Positions 9,007 to 18,096 of a stretch of DNA of 64,000 bases are shown here, one piece after another. Below the pieces are notes generated by a model. It was not told the DNA's origin, searched no databases, and saw only the letters and a program-made list of their open reading frames with translations. The stretch comes from Nitrospinales bacterium (GTDB lineage: Bacteria; Nitrospinota; Nitrospinia; Nitrospinales; VA-1). The translations under genes and the position numbers were made by a program. Each line of letters opens with the position of its first letter. The stretch's first letter is position 1. Location: contig CBDCXL010000002.1 in assembly GCA_965223795.1 (NCBI GenBank), positions 288,001 to 352,000 of the forward strand, in the 5' to 3' direction.

Positions 9007-10503
9007 CTAACTCTGTTTTTCCGACGGCAGACGCGATACCAGGGACAACGAAACCGTCAGCCCCTCGAGCTGGTAATGCGGCCGCAGTTTGAATTCGGCG
9101 GAATAATAGCCGGGGTTGCCTTCGATGTCGGCCACCGTGACTTCGGCGTCGGCCAGCGGCTTTCTGGCTTTCTGCTGCTCGGTGGCGGTTTCCGGATTCC
9201 CCTCTACGTAGTTCAAGATCCAGTCGTTGAGAAACTTCTGCATGTCCTCGCGCTCCTTGAACGAGCCGACCTTGTCGCGGACGATGCACTTGAGGTAATG
9301 CGCGAACCGGCAAGTGGCGAACAGATAGGGCAGCCGCGCGGAAAGGTTCGCGTTGGCGGTCGCGTCGGGATCGTCGTACTCGGCGGGCTTGTGCAGCGAC
9401 TGCGCGCCGATGAACGCGGCCATGTCGGTGTTCTTTTTGTGCAGCAGCGGCATGATGCCGTTTTTCGCCAGCTCGGCTTCGCGCCGGTCGGTGATGGCGA
9501 TCTCCGTGGGGCATTTCATGTCCACGCCGCCGTCGTCGGTGGGGAACGTGTGGGTGGGCAGCCCCTCCACCAGCCCGCCGGACTCGACGCCGCGGATCTG
9601 CGAGCACCAGCCGTACAGCTTGAACGAACGGTTGATGTTCACGGCCATGGCATAGGCGGAATTGGCCCAGCCGTATTTTTTGTGGTCGGCGCCGGCGGTG
9701 TCCTCCTCGAAGTCGAACTCCTCGACCGGGTCGGTCTTCGCGCCGTACGGCAGGCGCGCGAGGAAGCGCGGCATGGCGAGGCCGATGTACTTCGATTCCT
9801 CGGACTCGCGCAGCGATTTCCACGAGGCGTACTCGGAGTTCTGGAAAATCTTGGTGACGTCGCGCGGGTTGGACAGTTCCTGCCAGCTGTCCATCTGCAA
9901 CAGCGTCGGCGCCGTTCCGGTGATGAAGGGCGAATGCGACGCGGCGGACACTTTGGCGATCTCGCCGAGCAACTGCACGTCCTGCGGGCTGTGGTCGAAG
10001 TAGTAATCGCCGACCAGGCAGCCATAGGGCTCGCCGCCGAAGGTGCCGTATTCGGCCTCGTACATTTTCTTGAAGATGGGGCTCTGGTCCCAGGCGGTGC
10101 CCTTGAATTTCTTCAGCGTCTTGTGCAGATCCTGTTTGGAGATGTTGAGGACGCGGATCTTCAGCATCTCGTCGGTTTCGGTGTTGTTGATGAGATGGCT
10201 GAGCCCGCGCCAGCTGCCTTCGAGCTGCTGGAAATCCTCGTGGTGCAGGATCTCGTTCACCTGCTCGGTGAGCTTTTTGTCGATCTCGGCGATGTACGCT
10301 TCGATGGTGTGGACGGCGTCTTCGGATATGAGCTGGGCGTTTTCCAGGGCGTACTTCGCCAGCGTCTGCACCGACTCCTCCACCGCTTCCTTGGAACGGT
10401 CGGACTTCGGCTTGAACTCCTTGGACAACAGCGAGGAAAATTCGTTCGCCTCCAGGGCGACGGCTTCTTCCTGCTTTCGGGTTTCGGTATTGGCTTCGCT
10501 CAT
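9007..10503 (-). CDS. tssC: T6SS contractile sheath large subunit TssC/VipB
   Basis: ILHHEDFQQLEGSWRGL, PRFLARLPYG, KCPTEIAITDRREAEL and RPHYQLEGL motifs. Confidence 0.98.
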   Translation of the reverse strand: MSEANTETRKQEEAVALEANEFSSLLSKEFKPKSDRSKEAVEESVQTLAKYALENAQLISEDAVHTIEAYIAEIDKKLTEQVNEILHHEDFQQLEGSWRGLSHLINNTETDEMLKIRVLNISKQDLHKTLKKFKGTAWDQSPIFKKMYEAEYGTFGGEPYGCLVGDYYFDHSPQDVQLLGEIAKVSAASHSPFITGTAPTLLQMDSWQELSNPRDVTKIFQNSEYASWKSLRESEESKYIGLAMPRFLARLPYGAKTDPVEEFDFEEDTAGADHKKYGWANSAYAMAVNINRSFKLYGWCSQIRGVESGGLVEGLPTHTFPTDDGGVDMKCPTEIAITDRREAELAKNGIMPLLHKKNTDMAAFIGAQSLHKPAEYDDPDATANANLSARLPYLFATCRFAHYLKCIVRDKVGSFKEREDMQKFLNDWILNYVEGNPETATEQQKARKPLADAEVTVADIEGNPGYYSAEFKLRPHYQLEGLTVSLSLVSRLPSEKQS

Positions 10504-11039
10504 TGTTCAACCTCCTCGGCGGACGGCGCGGGGGCTTCGTCCTGGGGTTTGGGGGCGGACGCGAGGGACTTCATCAGCGCCTCGTCCTTCATGACCTTGG
10601 CGATGAGCTGCTCGGCCCCGGTCTTGCCGTCCATGTAGGTCACCAGATTGGCCAGCTGCTGCCTGGCTTCAAGCAGTTTCCGAAGCGGTTCGACTTTTCT
10701 TGCGATGGCGGCCGGGGAAAAATCGTCCATGCTCTCGAACGTGAGGTCGATGCTGAGGTTGCCGCCTTCGCCGCTCAGCTTGTTGGGAACCTGAAACGCC
10801 ACGCGCGGTTTCATCGCCTTGAGGCGTTCGTCGAAGTTGTCCACGTCGATCTCAAGCGCCTCGCGCTCCGCGACCGGCGGCAGGGGCTCCGCGGGCTTGC
10901 CGGAAAGATCGCCCAACACGCCCATGACGAAGGGAAGCTCCACTTTCTTGTTGGCGCCGTAGAGTTCCACGTCGTATTCGATCTGGACCCGCGGCGCGCG
11001 GTTCCGGCCTATGAACTTTTGACTGCTGTCTTTGCCCAT
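10500..11039 (-). CDS. tssB: T6SS contractile sheath small subunit TssB/VipA
   Basis: SSQKFIGRNRAPRVQIEYDVE...ELPFVMGVLGDLSG; ATGA overlap with tssC. Confidence 0.98.
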   Translation of the reverse strand: MGKDSSQKFIGRNRAPRVQIEYDVELYGANKKVELPFVMGVLGDLSGKPAEPLPPVAEREALEIDVDNFDERLKAMKPRVAFQVPNKLSGEGGNLSIDLTFESMDDFSPAAIARKVEPLRKLLEARQQLANLVTYMDGKTGAEQLIAKVMKDEALMKSLASAPKPQDEAPAPSAEEVEQ

Positions 11040-11102
11040 TTCGTCTCTCCATTGGGATGAGATTCTTATTTCAACGCTGGGTGTTTCTTTTCTCTATGAC
11101 TT

Positions 11103-12176
11103 TCAATCGTCGCTGGTGTATTCCTCACCGCTGATCTGCTCCACCTGCTTGAGCCCGTCCGGCGACAGGTCCTGAATGATTTCGACGAAGTTCTTGCTCA
11201 CCAGGCGCTTCGCCCGGCGCAGCAGGATGGGCAGCGGGCTGGAGGGTTCGTAGCGGTCGTAGTAATCGCAGATTTTATCCAGCGCGTTGACCACGTCCTC
11301 GCGGCTTTTGATGTCGCCGGAGTACGCCATGCCGTGCACGGAATCGCGGCCTGCGGCCGGTGCGGAACCGGCGTTTCCGCCGTTGCCCGGCTGCGCCTGG
11401 GACTCGGGGCGGGCGTCGATGCGTTCCTGCAAAAACCCGTTCATCTCCTGAAGCAGTTTCTCAAGCGGAGCGAAATCCAGGTTCCTTCCCGGTCCGGTCC
11501 GGCTTTCCACGAACGCTTTCAGCTCCTGAAGCCGTTCGCGCGATTCCAGTACGTAAAGCTGCGTCTGATTGAGCGCCTCCCAGGGCGTCTCCATGAACGC
11601 GCCGCGGATCAGGTCCAGACTGGAGACTTCCTGCGTGTCTTCTTCGTCGTCTTCGCCGGACGCTTGCGGCTTGACATCTCCTCTCGCCATCTGCACGTCG
11701 CGGAAGGAAAACCGCCCCACTCCGCGCACATCGACGAGCGGCTGGCGGCGCAGGTCGTCGAGCACCGAATGCGGGTGGCACAAAGACTCAAGGATGTTGA
11801 TGCGCTGGGTGGGATCGTTGTCGTCGTCGGGGTCGAGCTGAGGATGCAGAGAATCCCAGTAGCGGCCGGTCAGGCCGTTGAGCAGGCCGAGCGCGTCGTG
11901 GAATCCGGGCAGCCCCTCCTGAATGGTGCGGGCCTGGGTGAGGTGCACGGCCACGCGCAGGTCCTTGGTTTTGGCAAAAAGCGCAAGCGCCTGCTTGTGC
12001 GCGGATTTCCAGTCGGATTCCTTGACCCCGTTCTGCGAGGGATGGACCTTCTGCTTGATCCAGTCCTCGGAGCATTTTTCCAGCTTGAGAAAATCGCTGT
12101 CGGTGTCCAGTTCCTCGCCGCAGGGCTGATCCGGGTCGATTTCCGCAAGCAGTGACTCGATATTCAACGGTTCCAT
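11103..12176 (-). CDS. tssA: T6SS TssA (ImpA N-terminal domain)
   Basis: LLAEIDPDQPCGEELD, TKDLRVAVHL, YWDSLHPQLD and C-terminal SREDV...YYDRYEPSSPLPILLRRAKRL. Start placed at MEPLNIE (ATG 12176). Confidence 0.93.
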   Translation of the reverse strand: MEPLNIESLLAEIDPDQPCGEELDTDSDFLKLEKCSEDWIKQKVHPSQNGVKESDWKSAHKQALALFAKTKDLRVAVHLTQARTIQEGLPGFHDALGLLNGLTGRYWDSLHPQLDPDDDNDPTQRINILESLCHPHSVLDDLRRQPLVDVRGVGRFSFRDVQMARGDVKPQASGEDDEEDTQEVSSLDLIRGAFMETPWEALNQTQLYVLESRERLQELKAFVESRTGPGRNLDFAPLEKLLQEMNGFLQERIDARPESQAQPGNGGNAGSAPAAGRDSVHGMAYSGDIKSREDVVNALDKICDYYDRYEPSSPLPILLRRAKRLVSKNFVEIIQDLSPDGLKQVEQISGEEYTSDD

Positions 12177-12608
12177 GCTCACCTTCTGCCGGTTTCGGAC
12201 TCCTGAAACAGGAGCTTCCGAAACGAATGAAAACAATTCAGAACAACGACCGAGCCGTTTAAGGAAATAAGCGGGGGGACTATTTCCAAATATCTAATTT
12301 TTTGGAATTTATAATGAGGAAGTGTAGCAAGGAATTTTATTTTATCAAGCACAATATTTCAGCAATCCGAAGTTTTCCGCGGTGAAATATCGGATTTCGA
12401 AACGACGGGAACACGGTCAGTGCAAGACGGGACGCGGGGTTGCGCGTTGCAGGCGGGATGGCTGGCAGGAGGAAAAGAAAAACAAAAAAAGTGATTCTTT
12501 ATCGATTGCTGTAGAAAATATTTAAAGTGAACTCTTTAATTTTTTACGTGAAGCTCCGTTTTTGAAAGTATTGCTCTTCACTTAAAACCGGAGAGGCCGT
12601 GAAAAAAC

Positions 12609-12989
12609 TCACGGCTTTGAGGGCGTTGTAGTGTCTTTTTGCGCCAGCTTTTGCGCGATTTCCTGATCCAGGTTCTCAAGAAACGCCTGCTGGAAATTAT
12701 TTAGATCGGTCTGAATCCGGTATTTGAGCATTGTGGCCATCCAGTAGTCGGAAAACTCCTTCTGGCAGTCGGCCACCACGGCGGCGCGGATGGAATCCGC
12801 ATCGTCGCTGGCGGGAAGGTTTTTCTTGAGCGAGGTTTCTTTGCAGCGCTGGAATTCCTGGGACGCGCTCCGGTAGGTCCGCTCCGGGGCCGCCTTCTTC
12901 GCCGCCTGACCGGGTTTGACGTTCGATTTGGCGCTGGAACACCCCGCCAGCAGCATCAGGACTGTGAAGCAGACGATCGGTTTCAACAT
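12609..12989 (-). CDS. Hypothetical lipoprotein
   Basis: AGGAGG RBS before ATG 12989; lipobox MLKPIVCFTVLMLLAG-C; two further Cys residues. Confidence 0.8.
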   Translation of the reverse strand: MLKPIVCFTVLMLLAGCSSAKSNVKPGQAAKKAAPERTYRSASQEFQRCKETSLKKNLPASDDADSIRAAVVADCQKEFSDYWMATMLKYRIQTDLNNFQQAFLENLDQEIAQKLAQKDTTTPSKP

Positions 12990-13090
12990 GCACTCCTCCT
13001 GTTTGGGCATAGACATTCACTCCACGTATTTATCGGCAATCGCGTGGATTTCTGAACCGTCACGGCATTGCCGCCGCGTTGAAAAAAGGA

Positions 13091-13570
13091 TCAGCGGACG
13101 CGGGCCACGATGCGCAGGGTCCCCGTGTACAGGCCGGCAGTCTGGCTGGTTTCGTTGCGCACGTTGATCAGCTCCCCGCCGATCAGCACCGAATCGACCC
13201 CTCCGGTGGCGGTGAAACGGCACCTCCCCTGCCCCAGCACGCCGCCGGGACCGATGCAGTTGGGGCGGAATCGCATTCGGGGTCCGGGACCGTTGACGGC
13301 GCCGTTGCGGACGCGCACTTCGATCGTGTCCCCGGCGTTGGCCTGCACGGTCACCAGCCCTTTCTGCTCGCCGTTCAAGTGCACGACGCTGCCGGTGGTG
13401 CTGACGCCGCCGTTGGCGGGCAGTGCCACGGTGCCGCCTGTGGGACCGGCGGCGAAACGGCCGAACGAAAATGTGTCGATCTGGGTCACCGGAATCCGTT
13501 GAGCCTGGGCGGTGTCAGCGGCCAGCGCCTGAATCAGAACGGCTGCCAGCAAAAGTGATGTTTTTTTCAT
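13091..13570 (-). CDS. DUF4402-like pilin-type subunit (putative minor pilin)
   Basis: Sec signal ending AQA, then FSFGRF, NCIGPGGVLGQGRC, IGGELINV and C-terminal AGLYTGTLRIVARV. Paralogous to the neighbouring pilin. Confidence 0.8.
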   Translation of the reverse strand: MKKTSLLLAAVLIQALAADTAQAQRIPVTQIDTFSFGRFAAGPTGGTVALPANGGVSTTGSVVHLNGEQKGLVTVQANAGDTIEVRVRNGAVNGPGPRMRFRPNCIGPGGVLGQGRCRFTATGGVDSVLIGGELINVRNETSQTAGLYTGTLRIVARVR

Positions 13571-13682
13571 AACGGAACGCATGCGCACCTGGATGTCGTG
13601 TTTGCAACGCAGTGATAAAACGGTTTGCAACTCTTCCGATTATTCGCTCGGTTCGGAAAAACTTTGCATGAGTCCTATTCTT

Positions 13683-13741
13683 TGTCATGCTGAGCCCGTC
13701 GAAGCATGATTTTGCGCACCCTTCGACAAGCTCAGGGTGAC
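13683..13741. repeat. REP-like palindromic repeat, copy 1
   Basis: TGTCATGCTGAGCCCGTCGAAGCATG...CCCTTCGACAAGCTCAGGGTGAC; two inverted units; related copies at 19306, 26181 and 63826. Confidence 0.85.
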
Positions 13742-13784
13742 TTTGAGTTCAAATTCTAAAAAAATACGACTCATGCAAAGATCT

Positions 13785-13808
13785 CCCGGACGGCCCATGC
13801 CGTCCGGG
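13785..13808 (-). terminator. Hairpin immediately downstream of the putative major pilin gene
   Basis: Perfect 10-bp stem CCCGGACGGC-ccat-GCCGTCCGGG, 10 nt after the stop codon. Confidence 0.55.
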
Positions 13809-13818
13809 TGACCTTGCG

Positions 13819-14355
13819 TTACGGGATGATGTTCGCCGTCACGGTGACGGTGCCCGAGTAGTTTTCGGACTCCTGGTTCGTGTTGACGTTGAGCACGCCA
13901 CCCACTTCGACGGTCTGGGTCGTGCCGTCGGATGTGTAGGTGCAGAACCCGTCCAGTGAACCCAGAGTGCCGCTGGGCCCGATGCAGTTGGCCTGTAGCA
14001 GCATGGCCTGGCTGGCGGGCGCGGTCAGGTTGGAACCGGCGACGTCGACGCGGATGTTGTCGCCGTTCACCAGCGTGCCGGACACATCGACGCTGCCGAT
14101 CTGCTCGCCGCCCAGCAGCGTGATGCCACCGCCGGCGGTGATGCCGCTGCCGCCAGCATCGAAGGTCACCGTGGATGCGGTGCCGTCGGTACCGAAGCGG
14201 CCGAAACTCAACGCGGTGTTCTGGGTGACCGTGAGCACGGTGACCACTTCCGCATCCACCGGCAGCGCGAGCTGGGCGTTGGCGGTGGCGGCGAATCCCG
14301 CCACAGAGAGCAGCGGCAGGAACAACAAACTGAGCAATCGTTTCTTCAGCCTCAT
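13819..14355 (-). CDS. DUF4402-like pilin-type subunit (putative major pilin)
   Basis: Strong AGGAGG RBS; Sec signal ending ANA; LTVTQNTALSFGRF, NCIGPSGTLGSLDGFC, VGGVLNVNTNQESENYSGTVTVTANI, the alternating beta-strand end typical of pilin Ig folds. Confidence 0.85.
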   Translation of the reverse strand: MRLKKRLLSLLFLPLLSVAGFAATANAQLALPVDAEVVTVLTVTQNTALSFGRFGTDGTASTVTFDAGGSGITAGGGITLLGGEQIGSVDVSGTLVNGDNIRVDVAGSNLTAPASQAMLLQANCIGPSGTLGSLDGFCTYTSDGTTQTVEVGGVLNVNTNQESENYSGTVTVTANIIP

Positions 14356-14396
14356 AACCTTCCTCCTTTTTGCAAGTTGCACAATCAAACTTCAAA

Positions 14397-16751
14397 TCAT
14401 TGCCACTGTGCGGCGCGCACAGGGTGTCGGGTGTCGATTTGAACGTTCGCCAAGCGTTCTCCGGAGCGCACTGAATAGGTGCCAAACCGGAGCTTTTCAA
14501 ACACCACGAAACCGTCGAACTCGCTGTACCTGGATTCGACGACGCGGTCTTCCTGAATCAGTTCCACCAGCGTGCCGGGTTCCGACACCGCTTCGATCTC
14601 GCCGGTTTCCCAGACCGGCACGTCCACCACGACGGGCTGGCCGGGATGCGGGCGCACGTTGAACGGCGGTGCGGCGATCCAGAACGGATCGACGAGCGAT
14701 TTTTCCTCCACCTGGACCACGGTCAATTTGTACGGCGGCCGCTTGAGCGTCGTCATGCCGTTTGCGTCGGTGGCCTGCGCGCCGCCGCGCACCAGGCGCA
14801 CGCCTTCCAGCGGCTCGTCGCCCTGGTTGAACACGCCGTCGTCGTTTTTGTCCATGAACACGCGCACGTCCACCCGGCCGACATTGGTGGCCGGTTTGCT
14901 GGCGATTTCATAGCTGCCCGATGAGGACGGCGACAGCGAGAACGTCACCGATGCCACGACGCGGAGGTCCTCGCTGTTCGAATGGCTGCCGGTCAACCCG
15001 AGCGCGGCTTTCTTGACGTCCCAGAAGATGCCGGTGCTCACTGCATAATCGTCGCCGCCGTTCACGGAACGGCTGGCGTTCACGCGGGTGCGCAGATCCC
15101 GGCTGAAATGGTAGTCGGCGGTGCCGGAAACCCGCTGCAGCTCGGCGAGCGGCTTGACGCCGTAATCCAGGGTGCCGCGCAGCAGAAGATCGCGCGCCGG
15201 CCGACCGGAAGCCAGAAGGCTGCCGCGCACCACCTGCTGGCCGTCGATGTTGGCGATCAGGCGGTTGGTGAGCAGCACGCCCGCGGCGCTTGCCGAGGTG
15301 CGGCCGGCCAGTTCGTAGAACGTGCGGCCGCGGGTGTTGGTCTCGCGTTCGGCGGTGATGCCGGCGGACAGCCAGCCGAACCAGCGGTCCAGCCGCAGCG
15401 AGTCGCGGCGCACCAGTTCGCGTTCGCGCTCGGTCTTAAGATCGAAAAATTCCACGTGCGCATATTGCGCGTCCAGCCCGAGAAAGCGGCGCTGCACGCC
15501 CAGCTGCACACCCAGCCCGCCCGCGGTGCTGGTGATCAGGTCCAGCCGTTCGGACGCGCCGAAGTAGGCGCCGCGCAAACCGAATTTGGCGAACAGCTGT
15601 TTGCGGTCGCCGGGTACCGGGATCGACGCCAGCGACGCGGCCAGTGTCAGCTTGGAGGTGAGGCCCGCGTACACGTCGCCGGTCACTCTGAGATCGCGGA
15701 TGTCGTCGCGGGTCTGGATGTCGCGGCCGAGAAACAGCGTCTCGCCCTGCTCGACCATGCCGACGCTGGCCCACACCCGTCCCTCGGGGACCATGTGCGC
15801 GCCGATGCGCACGCGCCGTTTGCTTTCGCGCAGCTGGCCCTGCGGACCGTAAAACTTGAGCGTGATGTCGTTGTCGCCGATGAGCAGCGGCACGTCGTCG
15901 AACACGAAGCGGCCGCTGCCGTCGTCTTTCCTGAAATCCAGCAGCGTGTCCTTGCGGTACAGCTCCACCTCCCATCCCGGTTCCAGATCGCCTTCGATGG
16001 TTTCGCTGTCGAACCGGGAACCGCGCTCGACGGGGAACGTGGAAAACAGATAGCCCCGGCCCGCCTCGCCGCGGGCGATGAGATCCACCGGCGGCGCGAA
16101 CACGTCACCCAGTCTCAAAGACCAGTCCGGCTGCACCCGCTCCCAGGAGACGCGCAGCGAATCGAGTTTTTCCTCGAAGCCGATGGCCTGCAGCCGCGTC
16201 AATCCGTACAACCCTTCCGAAACACCGGCCACCGAATAGGAGAAACGCTCGGTGCCGTTCTTCTCATAGATCGCGGCCACGTCCACCGCGGGCAGCCCGA
16301 ACAATTTGTAGGCAAGCGGCACTTCCGGCAGGCCGTCTGCGCCGCCGTGGGACAGGTATCTCTGCAGGCGCTCGCGTTCCCAGCGCTGCTCGATGGGCAG
16401 CCGCCCGCGCCCCTGGATGAGCAGCGCCTGCGACCGGGAAGCGTATTCGAACCGGGCCGGGAACAAAAGATCGAGCGTGCCCACCCGCGACCATTCGCCG
16501 GCGTTTTGCGGAGCCGTGCTTTCCAGCATCTGAGCGATTTCCTGTGTGCGCACGTACACGCCGTCTTCCCTTTCTGCCGCCTCAATGACTTCGGCGATGG
16601 TTTTCTGGTTCAGTTTCACTGCCAGCAACAGCACTTCCTCCGCGGCCGCCGGGGCTTGCCACAGCAGCAGTCCCAGGATGAAGCCGCACACAGCGGCCCA
16701 CTGCTTGCGCGGGACAAACGCATCCTGTCTGTGTGTTCGCGGCCGTCGCAT
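14397..16751 (-). CDS. Atypical outer-membrane usher-like protein
   Basis: Signal peptide; LRLGD motif followed by the usher plug-like segment GWEVELYRKDTLLD...FVFDDVPLLIGDNDITLKFYGPQGQ; long amphipathic beta-strand region; C-terminal VFMDKNDDGVFNQGDEPLEGV SdrD-B/carboxypeptidase-like domain. Confidence 0.8.
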   Translation of the reverse strand: MRRPRTHRQDAFVPRKQWAAVCGFILGLLLWQAPAAAEEVLLLAVKLNQKTIAEVIEAAEREDGVYVRTQEIAQMLESTAPQNAGEWSRVGTLDLLFPARFEYASRSQALLIQGRGRLPIEQRWERERLQRYLSHGGADGLPEVPLAYKLFGLPAVDVAAIYEKNGTERFSYSVAGVSEGLYGLTRLQAIGFEEKLDSLRVSWERVQPDWSLRLGDVFAPPVDLIARGEAGRGYLFSTFPVERGSRFDSETIEGDLEPGWEVELYRKDTLLDFRKDDGSGRFVFDDVPLLIGDNDITLKFYGPQGQLRESKRRVRIGAHMVPEGRVWASVGMVEQGETLFLGRDIQTRDDIRDLRVTGDVYAGLTSKLTLAASLASIPVPGDRKQLFAKFGLRGAYFGASERLDLITSTAGGLGVQLGVQRRFLGLDAQYAHVEFFDLKTERERELVRRDSLRLDRWFGWLSAGITAERETNTRGRTFYELAGRTSASAAGVLLTNRLIANIDGQQVVRGSLLASGRPARDLLLRGTLDYGVKPLAELQRVSGTADYHFSRDLRTRVNASRSVNGGDDYAVSTGIFWDVKKAALGLTGSHSNSEDLRVVASVTFSLSPSSSGSYEIASKPATNVGRVDVRVFMDKNDDGVFNQGDEPLEGVRLVRGGAQATDANGMTTLKRPPYKLTVVQVEEKSLVDPFWIAAPPFNVRPHPGQPVVVDVPVWETGEIEAVSEPGTLVELIQEDRVVESRYSEFDGFVVFEKLRFGTYSVRSGERLANVQIDTRHPVRAAQWQ

Positions 16752-16765
16752 AACAGTTCATCCCG

Positions 16766-17317
16766 TTACAGTTGGTGATCGATGAGGATGGGGATGGTCA
16801 CCCCATACACGATGGTCAGCTGCACACCGACGCCCTGTCCGGGTTTCACTTTCTCCCGTTTGGGAGCCGCTTCGGGGATGGCCTGGACCAGAAGCCGGGC
16901 GGTGTAATCGCCCGTTTCAAGCTCCGCCGGTTTGCGCACCAGAACGCGCACGACCTGAGATTCGCCCGGCTCCAGCGTGATGCGGCGCGGACTGAAGCGC
17001 ACCCATGCGGACGCGTCGCCGCCGGGATCCGAATCCAGCGGCGCCACCATCTTGAGCCGGTAGGTGGTGCGTTCGGCCGCCTGATTTTTCACGGTGATCG
17101 TTTCCGAACGCTTGCGGCCTCCCATGTTCAGCTTGGTGGGAGCGATGAGGAGCCCCTCCCCCACCACGCGGGACTGGCCGAACCCGTCCGCCGGCAACAA
17201 CAGGGTGAAGCCCAGGGAAAGGACCCAAACCGCGGCCATGGGAACGGCAAAACCGCGGCTCTGCCGGGTTCCCGGCCGGACGGCCGTGTTTTTTCTGAAG
17301 TATGCGATCAAATTCAC
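16766..17317 (-). CDS. PapD-like pilus chaperone, single Ig domain
   Basis: LLIAPTKLNM...ETITVKN...WVRFSPRRITLEPGESQVVRVLVRKP...LVQAIP...IVYGVTIPI matches the PapD_N pattern. Start is uncertain (GTG 17317 or ATG 17239). Confidence 0.8.
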   Translation of the reverse strand: MNLIAYFRKNTAVRPGTRQSRGFAVPMAAVWVLSLGFTLLLPADGFGQSRVVGEGLLIAPTKLNMGGRKRSETITVKNQAAERTTYRLKMVAPLDSDPGGDASAWVRFSPRRITLEPGESQVVRVLVRKPAELETGDYTARLLVQAIPEAAPKREKVKPGQGVGVQLTIVYGVTIPILIDHQL

Positions 17318-17396
17318 TGTAAATCCCCGCGTTAATCTTATAAATCATTGTATTTAATGAATTAAACAGCATTTTCCGGGATGAATCCCCCTATAC

Positions 17397-17412
17397 AGCA
17401 GAAAACGTGCCA
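17397..17412 (-). promoter_or_regulatory. Sigma54 -24/-12 promoter of the chaperone-usher-like operon
   Basis: Minus strand TGGCACGTTTTCTGCT (GG-N10-GC), 80 nt upstream of the chaperone gene. Confidence 0.7.
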
Positions 17413-17515
17413 TTGTTAATGTAAGTCTTTCCTTTAAATATAATTCTTTGAATAATCGGAGGTTATAAATTGAGGCGGGCGATTGGGAACGAAAAAGGGA
17501 GAGGGACCGGCTTTT

Positions 17516-17568
17516 TTTACCCTGTTTTCAGGAATTATGAAATTTCATAAATGGCATTTCAGGGTAAA
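17516..17568. promoter_or_regulatory. Nested palindrome, candidate enhancer/regulator site
   Basis: Perfect TTATGAAATTTCATAA (17535-17550) flanked by TTTACCCTG / CAGGGTAAA arms. Confidence 0.5.
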
Positions 17569-18096
17569 TCAGTGAATGGGCATCGCCCGGACGGAACTCA
17601 AACCTATTGAACATAAAGGATTGCAGGTCCATGACGGATCTAAGGATTTATAGGTACCCCTTAAGTGTTGTTTTTTGCACGGCCGGTTCTCTTTTTGTGC
17701 TCAGAACCCCGGAGCTGTTTCCACTGTGCGGGCTGTCTAAGTAGGAAAAAGGGTCCCGGCAATTTTTTCCGGTTTTTCGGCGATCGGGACACGGCGGTAG
17801 GGTGTAAGGTGGGAATAACCCGCGATCAGGAAGGGTTTCCGGCAATGCCATGCGGAAGGGAAAAAGCCAGCGGAATGGAGCCAAGCGGGCCGAACTCCAG
17901 TGATTTGCACAAGCCGGCCCGCCCTTCGCTTCAGGTATTTCCTGAAGCCAGAAAAAACTGTTTTTGTGGAAGAAAAAATCCTATATTAATCAATGTGTCA
18001 CCTTAAGCCTCCCCCTATGTCCCCCGGCTTTCGTTGCACATCCTTCAGGGAAATGGAATAATTTCGTATCCACACCTGCAACCGAGGAGCTGGCTT

